Source of the DNA: Flavobacterium sp.
Lineage (GTDB): Bacteria > Bacteroidota > Bacteroidia > Flavobacteriales > Flavobacteriaceae
Reading direction: 5' to 3'
NCBI GenBank assembly: GCA_040379105.1
Contig: JBEILV010000001.1
Span: 1-45,685 of the forward strand
DNA: 45,685 nt
The translations under genes and the position numbers were made by a program. This document shows, in pieces, positions 10,368-19,891 of the stretch (the first letter of the stretch is position 1; every line of letters starts with the position of its first letter). The notes beneath the pieces were generated by a model. The model was not told the DNA's origin. It saw only the letters and a program-made list of their open reading frames with translations, and did no database searches.

Positions 10368-11621
10368 TTAAGACACGAATTTTTTAAACAAAACACAAGC
10401 GTTGTGACCGCCAAATCCGAATGTATTGCTCATTGCAACATTGATTTCTCTCTTTTGTGGTTTGTTCAAGGTCAAGTTTAATTCAGGATTGATGTTTTCA
10501 TCCACTGTTGTATGATTGATTGTAGGTGGTACAATTCCATGCTGAATAGCCAAAATGGATGCAATGGCTTCAATGGCACCCGCAGCTCCCAACAAATGTC
10601 CTGTCATGGATTTAGTCGAGTTGATGTTGATATTCTTAGCATGCACACCAAAAACATGGCTGATGGCTTTCAACTCGGCAACATCGCCCAAAGGTGTAGA
10701 AGTGCCATGCGTATTGATATGATCCACTTGATCTGGTGTCATTCCAGCATCGCGAAGGGTGTTTTCCATCACTGCAATCACGCCGATTCCTTCTGGATGT
10801 GGTGCTGTTAAATGATAAGCATCTGAAGACATGCCACCGCCGCCAATTTCGCAATAAATTTTAGCTCCTCTTGCAATGGCGTGCTCATATTCCTCTAAAA
10901 CTAAAGCGCCAGCACCTTCGCCCAACACAAATCCATCTCGATTGGCATCAAAAGGTCTTGATGCCGTTTCTGGACTGTCGTTTCTTGTAGAAAGCGCATG
11001 CATCGAATTGAAACCACCCATTCCTGCAATAGTGACCGCAGCCTCAGAGCCACCCGTAATAATGACGTCGCACATGCCTAATCTAATATAATTGAATGCG
11101 TCAATCATGGCATTGGCTGATGAAGCACAAGCAGAAACGGTTGTATAGTTAGGCCCCATGTAGCCATTTCTCATCGAAATATGAGCAGGAGCAATGTCTG
11201 CAATCATTTTTGGAATGAAAAATGGATTGAATTTCGGAGTCCCATCGCCTTTGGCATAATACATTACTTCTTCCTGAAAAGTTTCTAAACCGCCAATTCC
11301 AGCACCCCAAATAACACCAATTCTGTTTCTATTTGAGTTTTCGTGTGTAATTCCTGCATCTTTGATGGCTTCATCGCTTGCAGCAATGGCATATTGAGCA
11401 AACTTATCTAAACGTCTGGATTCTTTTCGATCCATGTAGTCTTCGATGTTGAAATTTTTTACTTCACAGGCAAACTTTGTTTTGTGCTTTTCTGTGTTGT
11501 AATAAGTAATCGGAGCTGCACCACTTTTTCCTTGCAATAAAGCATCCCAATATTCTTGAATGTTATTTCCAATCGGGGTCAAAGCCCCTAAGCCCGTTAC
11601 AACAACTCGTTTTAATTCCAT
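10368..11621 (-). CDS. fabF: Beta-ketoacyl-ACP synthase II
   Basis: RVVVTGLG, SACASS catalytic Cys, HGTSTPLGD, KSMTGHLLGAAG, SNTFGFGGHN. Confidence 0.97.
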   Translation of the reverse strand: MELKRVVVTGLGALTPIGNNIQEYWDALLQGKSGAAPITYYNTEKHKTKFACEVKNFNIEDYMDRKESRRLDKFAQYAIAASDEAIKDAGITHENSNRNRIGVIWGAGIGGLETFQEEVMYYAKGDGTPKFNPFFIPKMIADIAPAHISMRNGYMGPNYTTVSACASSANAMIDAFNYIRLGMCDVIITGGSEAAVTIAGMGGFNSMHALSTRNDSPETASRPFDANRDGFVLGEGAGALVLEEYEHAIARGAKIYCEIGGGGMSSDAYHLTAPHPEGIGVIAVMENTLRDAGMTPDQVDHINTHGTSTPLGDVAELKAISHVFGVHAKNININSTKSMTGHLLGAAGAIEAIASILAIQHGIVPPTINHTTVDENINPELNLTLNKPQKREINVAMSNTFGFGGHNACVLFKKFVS

Positions 11622-11796
11622 ATATGTGTAGTTTTTAAACTTCTTAAATAAAAAACCCTTTAGATCTAAAGCAAAACAACTAAAGAGCTAAGGGATATAA
11701 AGTTTATGGTAAAAAGATTTTGAGAATCTCTAATTTGCATTTACTAAAAACAAAAACTCCCGCAGGCTTGAATAAACCATACGGGAATGTTTGTTA

Positions 11797-12033
11797 TTAT
11801 TTCTTAGCTTCTTCGATGTAAGAAATAGCTTGTCCAACAGTAGCAATGTTTTCTGCTTGGTCGTCTGGAATTTGGATGTCAAATTCTTTCTCGAATTCCA
11901 TAATAAGCTCTACAGTGTCTAATGAATCAGCTCCTAAATCGTTAGTGAAACTAGCTTCTGATACCACTTCGTTTTCGTAAACGCCTAATTTGTCCACTAT
12001 AATCGCTTTTACTCTTGATGCAATGTCTGACAT
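11797..12033 (-). CDS. acpP: Acyl carrier protein
   Basis: [12 protein letters not shown] phosphopantetheine site; start MSDIASRVK; TATTTTTG promoter box at 12064-12071 (minus). Confidence 0.97.
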   Translation of the reverse strand: MSDIASRVKAIIVDKLGVYENEVVSEASFTNDLGADSLDTVELIMEFEKEFDIQIPDDQAENIATVGQAISYIEEAKK

Positions 12034-12206
12034 AATCTTTGATTTTAGTAATTTAATTGTTGGCAAAAATAAAAAACTTTATTTTAAAACAACATTTTAG
12101 TTTATAAATGTGATACGAAAGTAGTCATTTATTTTGATAATTAAATGACAATAAGGCTTTAGAGTCAATAAATATTTGTTTTTTTGTGTGTTTTAAATAA
12201 AAATAC

Positions 12207-12773
12207 ATGCGTAAAATTATCATTTTTGCTTCTGGTGGTGGTTCCAATGCCGAACAAATTGTGATTCAATCGCTTAAAAACAAGCGGTTTTCAGTCGAAG
12301 CGATTTTTTCAAATCAACCAAAAGCGGGAGTGCTTGAAAAAGCAGAAAAATATCAAATTCCGACGGTCGTTTTTTCGAAATCAAGCTTTGAGTCGGAAGC
12401 TTTTTTGAAACAAATTGAAAGTTTTCAACCTGATTTAATTGTTCTGGCTGGTTTTTTATGGAAAATTCCATCGTATTTAGTTCGTGCTTTCGACAATAAG
12501 ATCATCAATATTCATCCTGCTTTGTTGCCAAAATATGGTGGCAAAGGAATGTATGGAATGCACGTACACAAAGCAGTTTTTGAAAATAAAGAACCCGAAA
12601 GTGGCATCACGATTCATTTTGTTAATGAACATTACGACGAAGGCGATTTTATTTTTCAAGAAAAAGTTGCGATTACCGATTGCGAAACGCCCGAAGCCAT
12701 TGCAACGAAGGTTTTACAACTTGAGCATCAATTTTTTCCGTTAGTGATAGAAAAAATGTTGCTTAAAACATAA
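12207..12773 (+). CDS. purN: Phosphoribosylglycinamide formyltransferase
   Basis: FASGGGSN, LAGF, INIHPALLP, GITIHFVNEHYDEG. Confidence 0.93.
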   Translation: MRKIIIFASGGGSNAEQIVIQSLKNKRFSVEAIFSNQPKAGVLEKAEKYQIPTVVFSKSSFESEAFLKQIESFQPDLIVLAGFLWKIPSYLVRAFDNKIINIHPALLPKYGGKGMYGMHVHKAVFENKEPESGITIHFVNEHYDEGDFIFQEKVAITDCETPEAIATKVLQLEHQFFPLVIEKMLLKT

Positions 12774-12811
12774 CTAACTGAATTTCAATATTTTTTTTCA
12801 TTATTAAAAAT

Positions 12812-13765
12812 ATGACGATACTGAGCGAAACGATATTGCCTGGCGAAAGCAAAACCATTGATATGGAAATTGCTCGATTGCATAATATGACAAAGCTAAA
12901 AATTCCAATCATCATTCATCGGTCAAAAAAACCCGGCCCCACAGTTTTGTTTTGTGCGGGAATGCACGGCGATGAAATCAACGGAATTGAAATTGTAAGA
13001 CAAATCATTGTGCAAAAAATCAACCGCCCTGCCATCGGCACCATTATTTGCATTCCTGTGGTCAATATCTTTGGTTTTGTGAATCAAAAAAGAGAATTCC
13101 CCGACGGTCGCGATTTAAATCGGGTATTTCCAGGAAGCAAAACTGGTTCGTTAGCCAGCAGATTTGCGCATTATATGCTCACCGAAATTGTGCCTCACAT
13201 TGATTATGTGGTTGATTTTCATGCTGGTGGCGCAAGCAGATTCAACGCACCGCATATCAGAATCGTTGAGAAGGATGCAGAATTAAAAAGTTTGGCGTCG
13301 GTTTTTCACGCACCGTTTGTTTTGTATTCCAAAAATATTATGGGCTCTTTTAGAAGTGCTTGCCAAAAAAAAGGTGTGAAAATTTTGTTGTTTGAAGGCG
13401 GAAAATCGTTGGATTTGAATGCAAATATTACGCAAGTGGGTGTGGATGGCGCCAAGAGATTTCTAAAAAATTTAAACATGCTTGCCACCCGACAAGCGAT
13501 AAAAAATGAAGAAAACCCGATTGTTTTTATCGAAAATTCCACTTGGATTCGGGCCAAGTCTTCTGGCATGTTTATTGGGTTTGCCGAAGTGGGTAGTTTT
13601 GTTGAAAAAGGGCAAAAAATTGCCACGATTTCGGATCCTTACGGAAAATTAGAACACCTCATCAAAGCACCCACAGCGGGCTATTTGATCAACGTGAATC
13701 ATGCGCCGATTGTGTTTCAGGGCGATGCCATTTTTCATATATCCACACAACTTTCCGCAGAATAA
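12812..13765 (+). CDS. Succinylglutamate desuccinylase/aspartoacylase (M14-like) family protein
   Basis: AGMHGDEINGI, DLNRVFPGS, DFHAGG, FEGG. Confidence 0.88.
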   Translation: MTILSETILPGESKTIDMEIARLHNMTKLKIPIIIHRSKKPGPTVLFCAGMHGDEINGIEIVRQIIVQKINRPAIGTIICIPVVNIFGFVNQKREFPDGRDLNRVFPGSKTGSLASRFAHYMLTEIVPHIDYVVDFHAGGASRFNAPHIRIVEKDAELKSLASVFHAPFVLYSKNIMGSFRSACQKKGVKILLFEGGKSLDLNANITQVGVDGAKRFLKNLNMLATRQAIKNEENPIVFIENSTWIRAKSSGMFIGFAEVGSFVEKGQKIATISDPYGKLEHLIKAPTAGYLINVNHAPIVFQGDAIFHISTQLSAE

Positions 13766-13775
13766 AAATAATCAA

Positions 13776-14342
13776 ATGAACCAAAAAAACACGCTTCGTC
13801 AGCAATACAAATCGATGCGGACCCAATTATCATCCGATGAAATTTCAGATAAAAGTCTGGACATTGCCAATCAATTGTTGCAACTTGACATTTGGAATAA
13901 AACGTATTATCATTTATTTTTTGACATCGAACGACTGAAAGAAGTGCAAACTGAACCCGTTTTTCAGATTCTAATGGGCAAAGACAAAGAAATTGTTATT
14001 TCCAAAAGCAATTTTGAAACATCGACGATGGAACATTTTCTGCTGACTGATACCACTAAGCTCAAGGTCAATGATTGGGGCATTCCCGAACCCGAAACAG
14101 GTTTGCAAGTGCCAGTTGTAATGATTGACGTTGTTTTTGTCCCCGTTTTAGCTTACGACCGCATCGGCAATAGAATTGGTTATGGCAAAGGTTTTTACGA
14201 TCGGTTTTTATCCAACTGTCGTCCAGATGTTTTAAAAATTGGCTTTTCGTTTTTCGAACCAACAGATGAACTTATTCAGAGTTCAGCCCAAGATGTAAAA
14301 TTAGATTGCTGTGTAACTCCCCATTTAACCTACCAATTTTAA
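13776..14342 (+). CDS. 5-formyltetrahydrofolate cyclo-ligase
   Basis: K..LR, WGIPEP, DVVFVPVLAYD..GNRIGYGKGFYDRFL; start at MNQKN. Confidence 0.92.
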   Translation: MNQKNTLRQQYKSMRTQLSSDEISDKSLDIANQLLQLDIWNKTYYHLFFDIERLKEVQTEPVFQILMGKDKEIVISKSNFETSTMEHFLLTDTTKLKVNDWGIPEPETGLQVPVVMIDVVFVPVLAYDRIGNRIGYGKGFYDRFLSNCRPDVLKIGFSFFEPTDELIQSSAQDVKLDCCVTPHLTYQF

Positions 14343-14679
14343 TTTTTTTCATCTTATAAAAGCAGTTTACATTCGCATTTTTTAATTGTGAATTGCACCA
14401 TCACAAACTTAATAAATCACATTTAGAACCTGAATCGTCGATGATCATCTTTTTGTTTCAACTGAATTTTTAAATTGTTAAAAACAAATTTTACACAATG
14501 GTCTCAACACAAAATAGAAAATGAGGCACAATTATTTAGATTTTAAAACATTTTATAACATTTGTTCGCTAATTTGTTACATTTCTTTACTTATTTTTGC
14601 GTCGATTTAAACAATTGTTTCAACAACAATCAATTATCTTTAGGCAATTGTTTTTAAAAACATTTTAATTATAAAATTC

Positions 14680-15858
14680 ATGAAACCAGATTTATTTCAA
14701 GCTCCCGATTATTATCTATTGGATGAATTATTGACTGAAGAACATAAATTAGTGCGCGATGCCGCCCGCGAATGGGTAAAAAGAGATGTTTCGCCGATTA
14801 TTGAAGATTATGCTCAAAAAGCTGAATTTCCTACGCAAATCATTAAAGGATTAGCCGATATTGGTGCTTTTGGCCCTTATATTCCACAAGAATATGGCGG
14901 AGCAGGATTGGACCAAATTTCTTATGGTTTGATCATGCAAGAAATCGAGCGTGGCGATTCTGGTGTGCGTTCAACGGCGTCTGTGCAATCTTCTTTGGTG
15001 ATGTATCCGATTTTTAAATATGGCAACGAAGCTCAAAGACAAAAATATTTACCCAAATTGGCTTCTGGCGAATTCATGGGTTGTTTCGGATTAACAGAGC
15101 CCGATCATGGTTCCAATCCTGGCGGGATGACCACCAACTACAAAGACATGGGCGATCATTATTTGCTCAATGGTGCTAAAATGTGGATTTCGAACGCTCC
15201 GTTTGCTGATATTGCGGTGGTTTGGGCAAAAAACGAAGAAGGTCGTATTCATGGTTTGATTGTGGAGCGTGGCATGGAAGGTTTCACCACTCCAGAAACG
15301 CACAACAAATGGTCATTGCGTGCTTCGGCTACTGGCGAATTGATTTTTGACAATGTAAAAGTGCCCAAAGAAAATTTATTGCCTAACAAATCTGGTTTAG
15401 GAGCGCCACTAGGTTGTTTGGATTCAGCACGTTATGGCATTGCTTGGGGAGCGATTGGTGCGGCAATGGATTGCTACGACACTGCGTTGCGCTATGCAAA
15501 AGAGCGTGTTCAGTTTGACAAACCAATTGGTGCCACGCAATTGCAACAAAAGAAATTAGCGGAAATGATCACTGAAATCACAAAAGCACAATTATTGACT
15601 TGGCGCTTGGGCGTTTTGCGCAACGAAAACAAAGCCACAACAGCGCAAATTTCGATGGCAAAAAGAAACAATGTGGATATGGCTATCCATATCGCAAGAG
15701 AAGCCCGTCAGATTTTAGGTGGCATGGGCATCACAGGCGAATATTCAATCATGCGCCACATGATGAATTTAGAAAGCGTGATTACTTACGAAGGAACACA
15801 TGACATTCACTTATTAATTACAGGTGCTGACATTACAGGAATGCAGGCTTTTAAATAA
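14680..15858 (+). CDS. gcdH: Glutaryl-CoA dehydrogenase-type acyl-CoA dehydrogenase
   Basis: GCFGLTEPDHGSNP, LNGAKMWISN, ARYGIAWG, TYEGTHDIH. Confidence 0.85.
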   Translation: MKPDLFQAPDYYLLDELLTEEHKLVRDAAREWVKRDVSPIIEDYAQKAEFPTQIIKGLADIGAFGPYIPQEYGGAGLDQISYGLIMQEIERGDSGVRSTASVQSSLVMYPIFKYGNEAQRQKYLPKLASGEFMGCFGLTEPDHGSNPGGMTTNYKDMGDHYLLNGAKMWISNAPFADIAVVWAKNEEGRIHGLIVERGMEGFTTPETHNKWSLRASATGELIFDNVKVPKENLLPNKSGLGAPLGCLDSARYGIAWGAIGAAMDCYDTALRYAKERVQFDKPIGATQLQQKKLAEMITEITKAQLLTWRLGVLRNENKATTAQISMAKRNNVDMAIHIAREARQILGGMGITGEYSIMRHMMNLESVITYEGTHDIHLLITGADITGMQAFK

Positions 15859-15860
15859 GA

Positions 15861-15952
15861 TTTGGGCTCCCGATAGCTGTCGGGACTGCGGGTCGGGCTA
15901 TTCGCTATATCCCCGATGAAAAATCGGGGGATGTCGCTTCTATCCCTAACGC
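15861..15952 (+). ncRNA. Flavo-1-like structured intergenic element, copy 1
   Basis: GGTCGGGCTATTCGCTATATC-[hairpin]-GATGTCGCTTCTATCCCTAACGC; same core as copies at 25.6, 41.2 and 43.9 kb; family name from recall. Confidence 0.6.
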
Positions 15953-15996
15953 AAAAACATCGATCGCAATAAAATTCTACAAAATTTATAAAAACC

Positions 15997-16035
15997 AAAA
16001 ACCGTTTGAAATTTTTCGTTTCAAACGGTTTTTTT
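15997..16035. terminator. Bidirectional terminator between convergent gcdH and pfkB genes
   Basis: AAAAACCGTTTGAAA-TTTTTCG-TTTCAAACGGTTTTT perfect stem. Confidence 0.85.
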
Positions 16036-16964
16036 TATGCTTTTAACAAAGATTCAATATCCAAATTGTCTGGCAATCGGCCTACGTTTTGGAGTTTGAT
16101 AGTGGCTAGTTTTTGTGCAGTATGCATGCTTTCTTCAAATGATTTGTTTTGCAATTGTGCAAACAAAAAGCCTGTCCAAAAGGCATCTCCTGCTCCCGTT
16201 GTATCTTTGATTTCTGCAATATAATTGGCAGGTTGAAAAAACAATCCTTCATTTAAGTTTGACAAGACCACTCCATTTTTTCCTTTGGTCAAACAAATGG
16301 TTTCAGCACCTAAGCCGTGAAAATAATCGAAAATAAAATCTTCCGTTTTGGTTGCTGCAAACAAACGATAGCAATCGTCTTCGCTTAATTTTACGAGCGG
16401 GTTGAATTTCAAATAAGATTTTAAAACCTCTTTCGCTTCTTCTCGGTCGGGCCAAATTCTTTCCGAAAAATTAATATCAATGCTTAGTTTCAAACCTAAT
16501 TCTTTGGCTTGTTCCGCACGATGCAATATGGTTTGGCGTGCTGGATTTTTGCTCAAAGCAAAACAAGTCGTGTGAAATATTTTAGATTCCAAAAGTAAAT
16601 CATCAGGGATTTGCGTTTCGTTAATCAAACAATCTGCTTCTCGGTAAGGAATAAAATCGGGCGTATTGGTAGATTTTGACACCAAAATAATGGATGTTGG
16701 TGCCGAATCACTTCTTTGAATGTATTGAATATTGACCTCGTTGGATTGTAATTTTCTGAAAATATAATCGCCTAAACCATCTTTTCCGCAGGTGGCCACC
16801 AACACAGATTTCAAGCCCAACCGAGCTGCATTCACAGCCACATTGGTGGGCGAACCACCCAAAAATCGGTGATAATCTCGGGTTCTATTGATGGAAGTAT
16901 TCATTTCGTGACCTATAAAATCGATCAAGACCTCGCCGACACAAAGAATATCTATTGTTTTCAA
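16035..16964 (-). CDS. PfkB-family carbohydrate kinase (probable fructokinase)
   Basis: GEVLID, GGSPTNVA, DTTGAGDAF; TTG start. Confidence 0.88.
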   Translation of the reverse strand: MKTIDILCVGEVLIDFIGHEMNTSINRTRDYHRFLGGSPTNVAVNAARLGLKSVLVATCGKDGLGDYIFRKLQSNEVNIQYIQRSDSAPTSIILVSKSTNTPDFIPYREADCLINETQIPDDLLLESKIFHTTCFALSKNPARQTILHRAEQAKELGLKLSIDINFSERIWPDREEAKEVLKSYLKFNPLVKLSEDDCYRLFAATKTEDFIFDYFHGLGAETICLTKGKNGVVLSNLNEGLFFQPANYIAEIKDTTGAGDAFWTGFLFAQLQNKSFEESMHTAQKLATIKLQNVGRLPDNLDIESLLKA

Positions 16965-16965
16965 T

Positions 16966-18141
16966 TTAGATTAATAATTTAAAATTAGTATGTATTGTTT
17001 GTTCAAGTAAAACAGCCGCCGCCGCACTCCAAGCACAAAAAGGAACACCATTGGTGGTGCCAATTTCTGTGTTGAAATTTTCATAAAACGAAAAATCCAT
17101 TTTTGCATTGGCTTGATTGATTTTTTCTAAAATAAAAATGGCTTTTTCAGTTTCTGAATGTTGCATGAAAGCCAAGCCCAAAAATCCGTTGACCATCGGC
17201 CAACTACCGCCGTTGTGAAACTCGAAAGGGAAATTTCTGAATTCATATTTGCAATTTTCTTTTAACAAATTCCAATGTTCGTCTTTTTCAAAAATAGGAG
17301 GCCAAAACGCAGGAATTAAACCTAGTTGGGTGTTTTTTGCCAATTCAAAAGCGTAATGGAGAATTTGAAGTTGCATTTCTTTTGTGCCGAAATTGAGCAT
17401 CAAAACCAAAGCATTTGCGAAAGCATCAAAATTGGTTTTATAGCCCGCAGGCGAAAATGAACAAGGCAAAAATCCTTTAAATTCTAGATTTTTGTAAGCT
17501 CTCTCGTGAAATTTTTCCCCATTGGCATCTGGTAAGAAGTTACATTCTATTTGTTGCGTGATTTGATTCAGTTTAAGCGAAATTTCATCACTTTTTTTGA
17601 AGAAATTGTAGCTTTTCAAAGCCCAAATTCGCAATAATTGATCATACAAAACATAACCATCGGTAATGTATTCGTCTGCCCAATTTCCTGACAAAGGCAC
17701 ATAAACCAAATGTTTGTTGTTAAATTCCCAAGCCTCTAATAATAGCAAGGCTTTTTCGATGTGCGATTCGTATTTTTCTACAAAAGAAGAATCGTTTTGA
17801 TGAAAAGCATATTGACAAACCCCAATCACAAACCAAGTAACCGCATCCACTCTGCCCGCCAAACCGCCATAACTTACTTCCGTTTTTTCATCTGTAACCA
17901 AAACATTAGACGGAATTGTACCAATGTTGTGCTGGTTTGCAGCTAAAGTTTCGATGGTTTTCTTAAAAGTTTCAATGAGCGTTTGATCATTCGAAGCCAA
18001 AGCCGCCAAACCACAAATCACGCCATCTCTCGCCCAAACTCTTTTGTAGTTGGAAGTGTTTTCGGCACTTGCCACGAATCCGTGAGGCGAAGCCACGTTG
18101 TGCAATAATTCAATGCTTTTGTTGTAAAAAATAGTTTTCAT
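16966..18141 (-). CDS. (alpha/alpha)6 glycoside hydrolase, GH100 (alkaline/neutral invertase)-like
   Basis: NYKRVWARD, FHNGGSWP, FYENF...AWSAA motifs; operon with MFS and PfkB kinase. Confidence 0.7.
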   Translation of the reverse strand: MKTIFYNKSIELLHNVASPHGFVASAENTSNYKRVWARDGVICGLAALASNDQTLIETFKKTIETLAANQHNIGTIPSNVLVTDEKTEVSYGGLAGRVDAVTWFVIGVCQYAFHQNDSSFVEKYESHIEKALLLLEAWEFNNKHLVYVPLSGNWADEYITDGYVLYDQLLRIWALKSYNFFKKSDEISLKLNQITQQIECNFLPDANGEKFHERAYKNLEFKGFLPCSFSPAGYKTNFDAFANALVLMLNFGTKEMQLQILHYAFELAKNTQLGLIPAFWPPIFEKDEHWNLLKENCKYEFRNFPFEFHNGGSWPMVNGFLGLAFMQHSETEKAIFILEKINQANAKMDFSFYENFNTEIGTTNGVPFCAWSAAAAVLLEQTIHTNFKLLI

Positions 18142-18145
18142 CCTT

Positions 18146-19450
18146 TCAAGTGAGCGCTGTTGCTTTTTTGTTTTTGATTAATAGCGTGCAACCTGTTGCC
18201 AAAACGAGCAGTATTCCAGCAAAAGTGATCGCATTTCTGGGGTCATTGTTCAAAAAATATTTTAAGATAAATCCAAACGACAAGTTTTGAATGATCATTG
18301 GAATCACAATCATCATGTTGATAATGCCCATGTACACGCCGTAACGTTCTTTTGGAATCGAGGCCACCACCATCAAATAGGGAATCCCCATCATGCTTGC
18401 CCAACCGATGCCAAAACCAGTGATGGCAAAAAACAGTAGGTTTTTGTTTTCTATGTGTGGAAATGCCAAAAACCCAATGGCTGCCAATAGCAAACAAATG
18501 GCGTGCACGCTTTTAGCTGAATATTTTTTGGCGAATCCGACCAAAGCAAAAGCAATCAGGAAGGTGACAATGTTATACCAACCATTGACCAAACCTGTCC
18601 AACTCACAGCTTGCTCATAAGCTTCTGGATTGGATTTTGGTGTGGCATTCCAAACAGAAAGCGCAATACTTTTGGAAGAATTTTGCCAATAACAAAACAA
18701 GGCGTACCACTGAAACAAATAAACTAAAGCCAATTGCCACATAACTTTTGGCATGTCTTTGATGGCTGAAATAATCTCGATGATTGGCTCAAGAACTCCT
18801 CTTTTTTTACTTTTCATAAAAGCCAATTCTTCTTCGGTGGGTGGAATTTCGGAGGTCGTTTTCATACTCCATAAAATAGAACCAATCGAGCAAATTGCTC
18901 CTAAAAAGAACGAAGCATAGACCCAAGAAGGCAAAGAACCTGTTTTTCCAACGATAATGATTGGAAAAATAAAGAGTGAAAGATTGGCTAATGTTTGCCC
19001 GAAACCCGTAAAAAAACTTTGCATTTGAAAACCCAAAGGTTGTTGTTCGTCAATTAGTTTGTCTGCCACAAATGCTCTGTAAGGTTCCATTGCCATATTG
19101 TTTCCGGCATCTAAAATCCACAACAAACCGGCCGCCATCCACAAAGAACTACTGAACGGAAATGCTAATAAAGCCAAACTACACAAAATAGCACCTAATA
19201 GAAAATAGGGTTTGCGTCGTCCAAATTTTGGATGCCAAGTTTTATCGCTTAAAGCTCCCACAATCGGTTGTACCAACAATCCCGTGATGGGTCCCGCAAG
19301 ATTGAGCAAGGGAATTTCATCGGGACTTGCGCCTAAAAAATCATAAATCGGGTTGACTGCACTTTGTTGCAAACCAAAACTATATTGAATGCCAAAAAAG
19401 CCCACATTCATGTTTAAGATTTGCCAGAAGTTGAGTTTTATTTTATTCAA
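18146..19450 (-). CDS. MFS sugar:H+ symporter (sucrose/maltose GPH-like)
   Basis: [49 protein letters not shown]; about 12 hydrophobic segments. Confidence 0.88.
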   Translation of the reverse strand: MNKIKLNFWQILNMNVGFFGIQYSFGLQQSAVNPIYDFLGASPDEIPLLNLAGPITGLLVQPIVGALSDKTWHPKFGRRKPYFLLGAILCSLALLAFPFSSSLWMAAGLLWILDAGNNMAMEPYRAFVADKLIDEQQPLGFQMQSFFTGFGQTLANLSLFIFPIIIVGKTGSLPSWVYASFFLGAICSIGSILWSMKTTSEIPPTEEELAFMKSKKRGVLEPIIEIISAIKDMPKVMWQLALVYLFQWYALFCYWQNSSKSIALSVWNATPKSNPEAYEQAVSWTGLVNGWYNIVTFLIAFALVGFAKKYSAKSVHAICLLLAAIGFLAFPHIENKNLLFFAITGFGIGWASMMGIPYLMVVASIPKERYGVYMGIINMMIVIPMIIQNLSFGFILKYFLNNDPRNAITFAGILLVLATGCTLLIKNKKATALT

Positions 19451-19817
19451 GGTTTTCTTTTTTAATGGTTTCTAATAAAAGGGAAAGAAACTGAGGAAAG
19501 TTTTCGCCGTTTACAATGATGCTTTCGCCATAGATGACCACAGGAATTTCAAGCTTCGACACATCGATGGAAGCTTTTCGCAAGGCACTCAACATACGTT
19601 TCAGTGCGTTTTGGTCTTGATCAATGTCGTAAAATTTATATTCGATGTTGTTTTCGGTCAAGAATTTTTTCGTGTCGATGCAATAATGACATGTTTCACT
19701 TCCATAAACAATGGCTTTGTGTGTTTTCTTTTTTTCTGATGTTGTTTCAGATTGAGAAAAAGCACTTTGCGAAAACAGAAAAACAAATGCGATTTTTAAA
19801 ATAGATTTTACGAACAT
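19443..19817 (-). CDS. Exported glutaredoxin-like protein
   Basis: Signal peptide ending AFS-Q, VYGSETCHYC (CxxC), IPVV cis-Pro motif; 8-nt overlap with the MFS gene. Confidence 0.8.
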   Translation of the reverse strand: MFVKSILKIAFVFLFSQSAFSQSETTSEKKKTHKAIVYGSETCHYCIDTKKFLTENNIEYKFYDIDQDQNALKRMLSALRKASIDVSKLEIPVVIYGESIIVNGENFPQFLSLLLETIKKENLE

Positions 19818-19834
19818 AGTATAGATTTTAAAGA

Positions 19835-19868
19835 GATTCCTACCCATCAATAGTGACGAGTAGGAATC
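19835..19868 (-). terminator. Intercistronic hairpin after the TonB-dependent transporter (partial terminator or mRNA stabiliser)
   Basis: GATTCCTAC...GTAGGAATC inverted repeat with only a short U-tract. Confidence 0.55.
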
Positions 19869-19891
19869 AAAACTAACTTTTTTTATTGAAT

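Noticed and set aside
14343-14679. Riboswitch or sRNA upstream of gcdH
   Set aside because: AT-rich with only a promoter-like TATTTTTG box; no stable or recognisable structure
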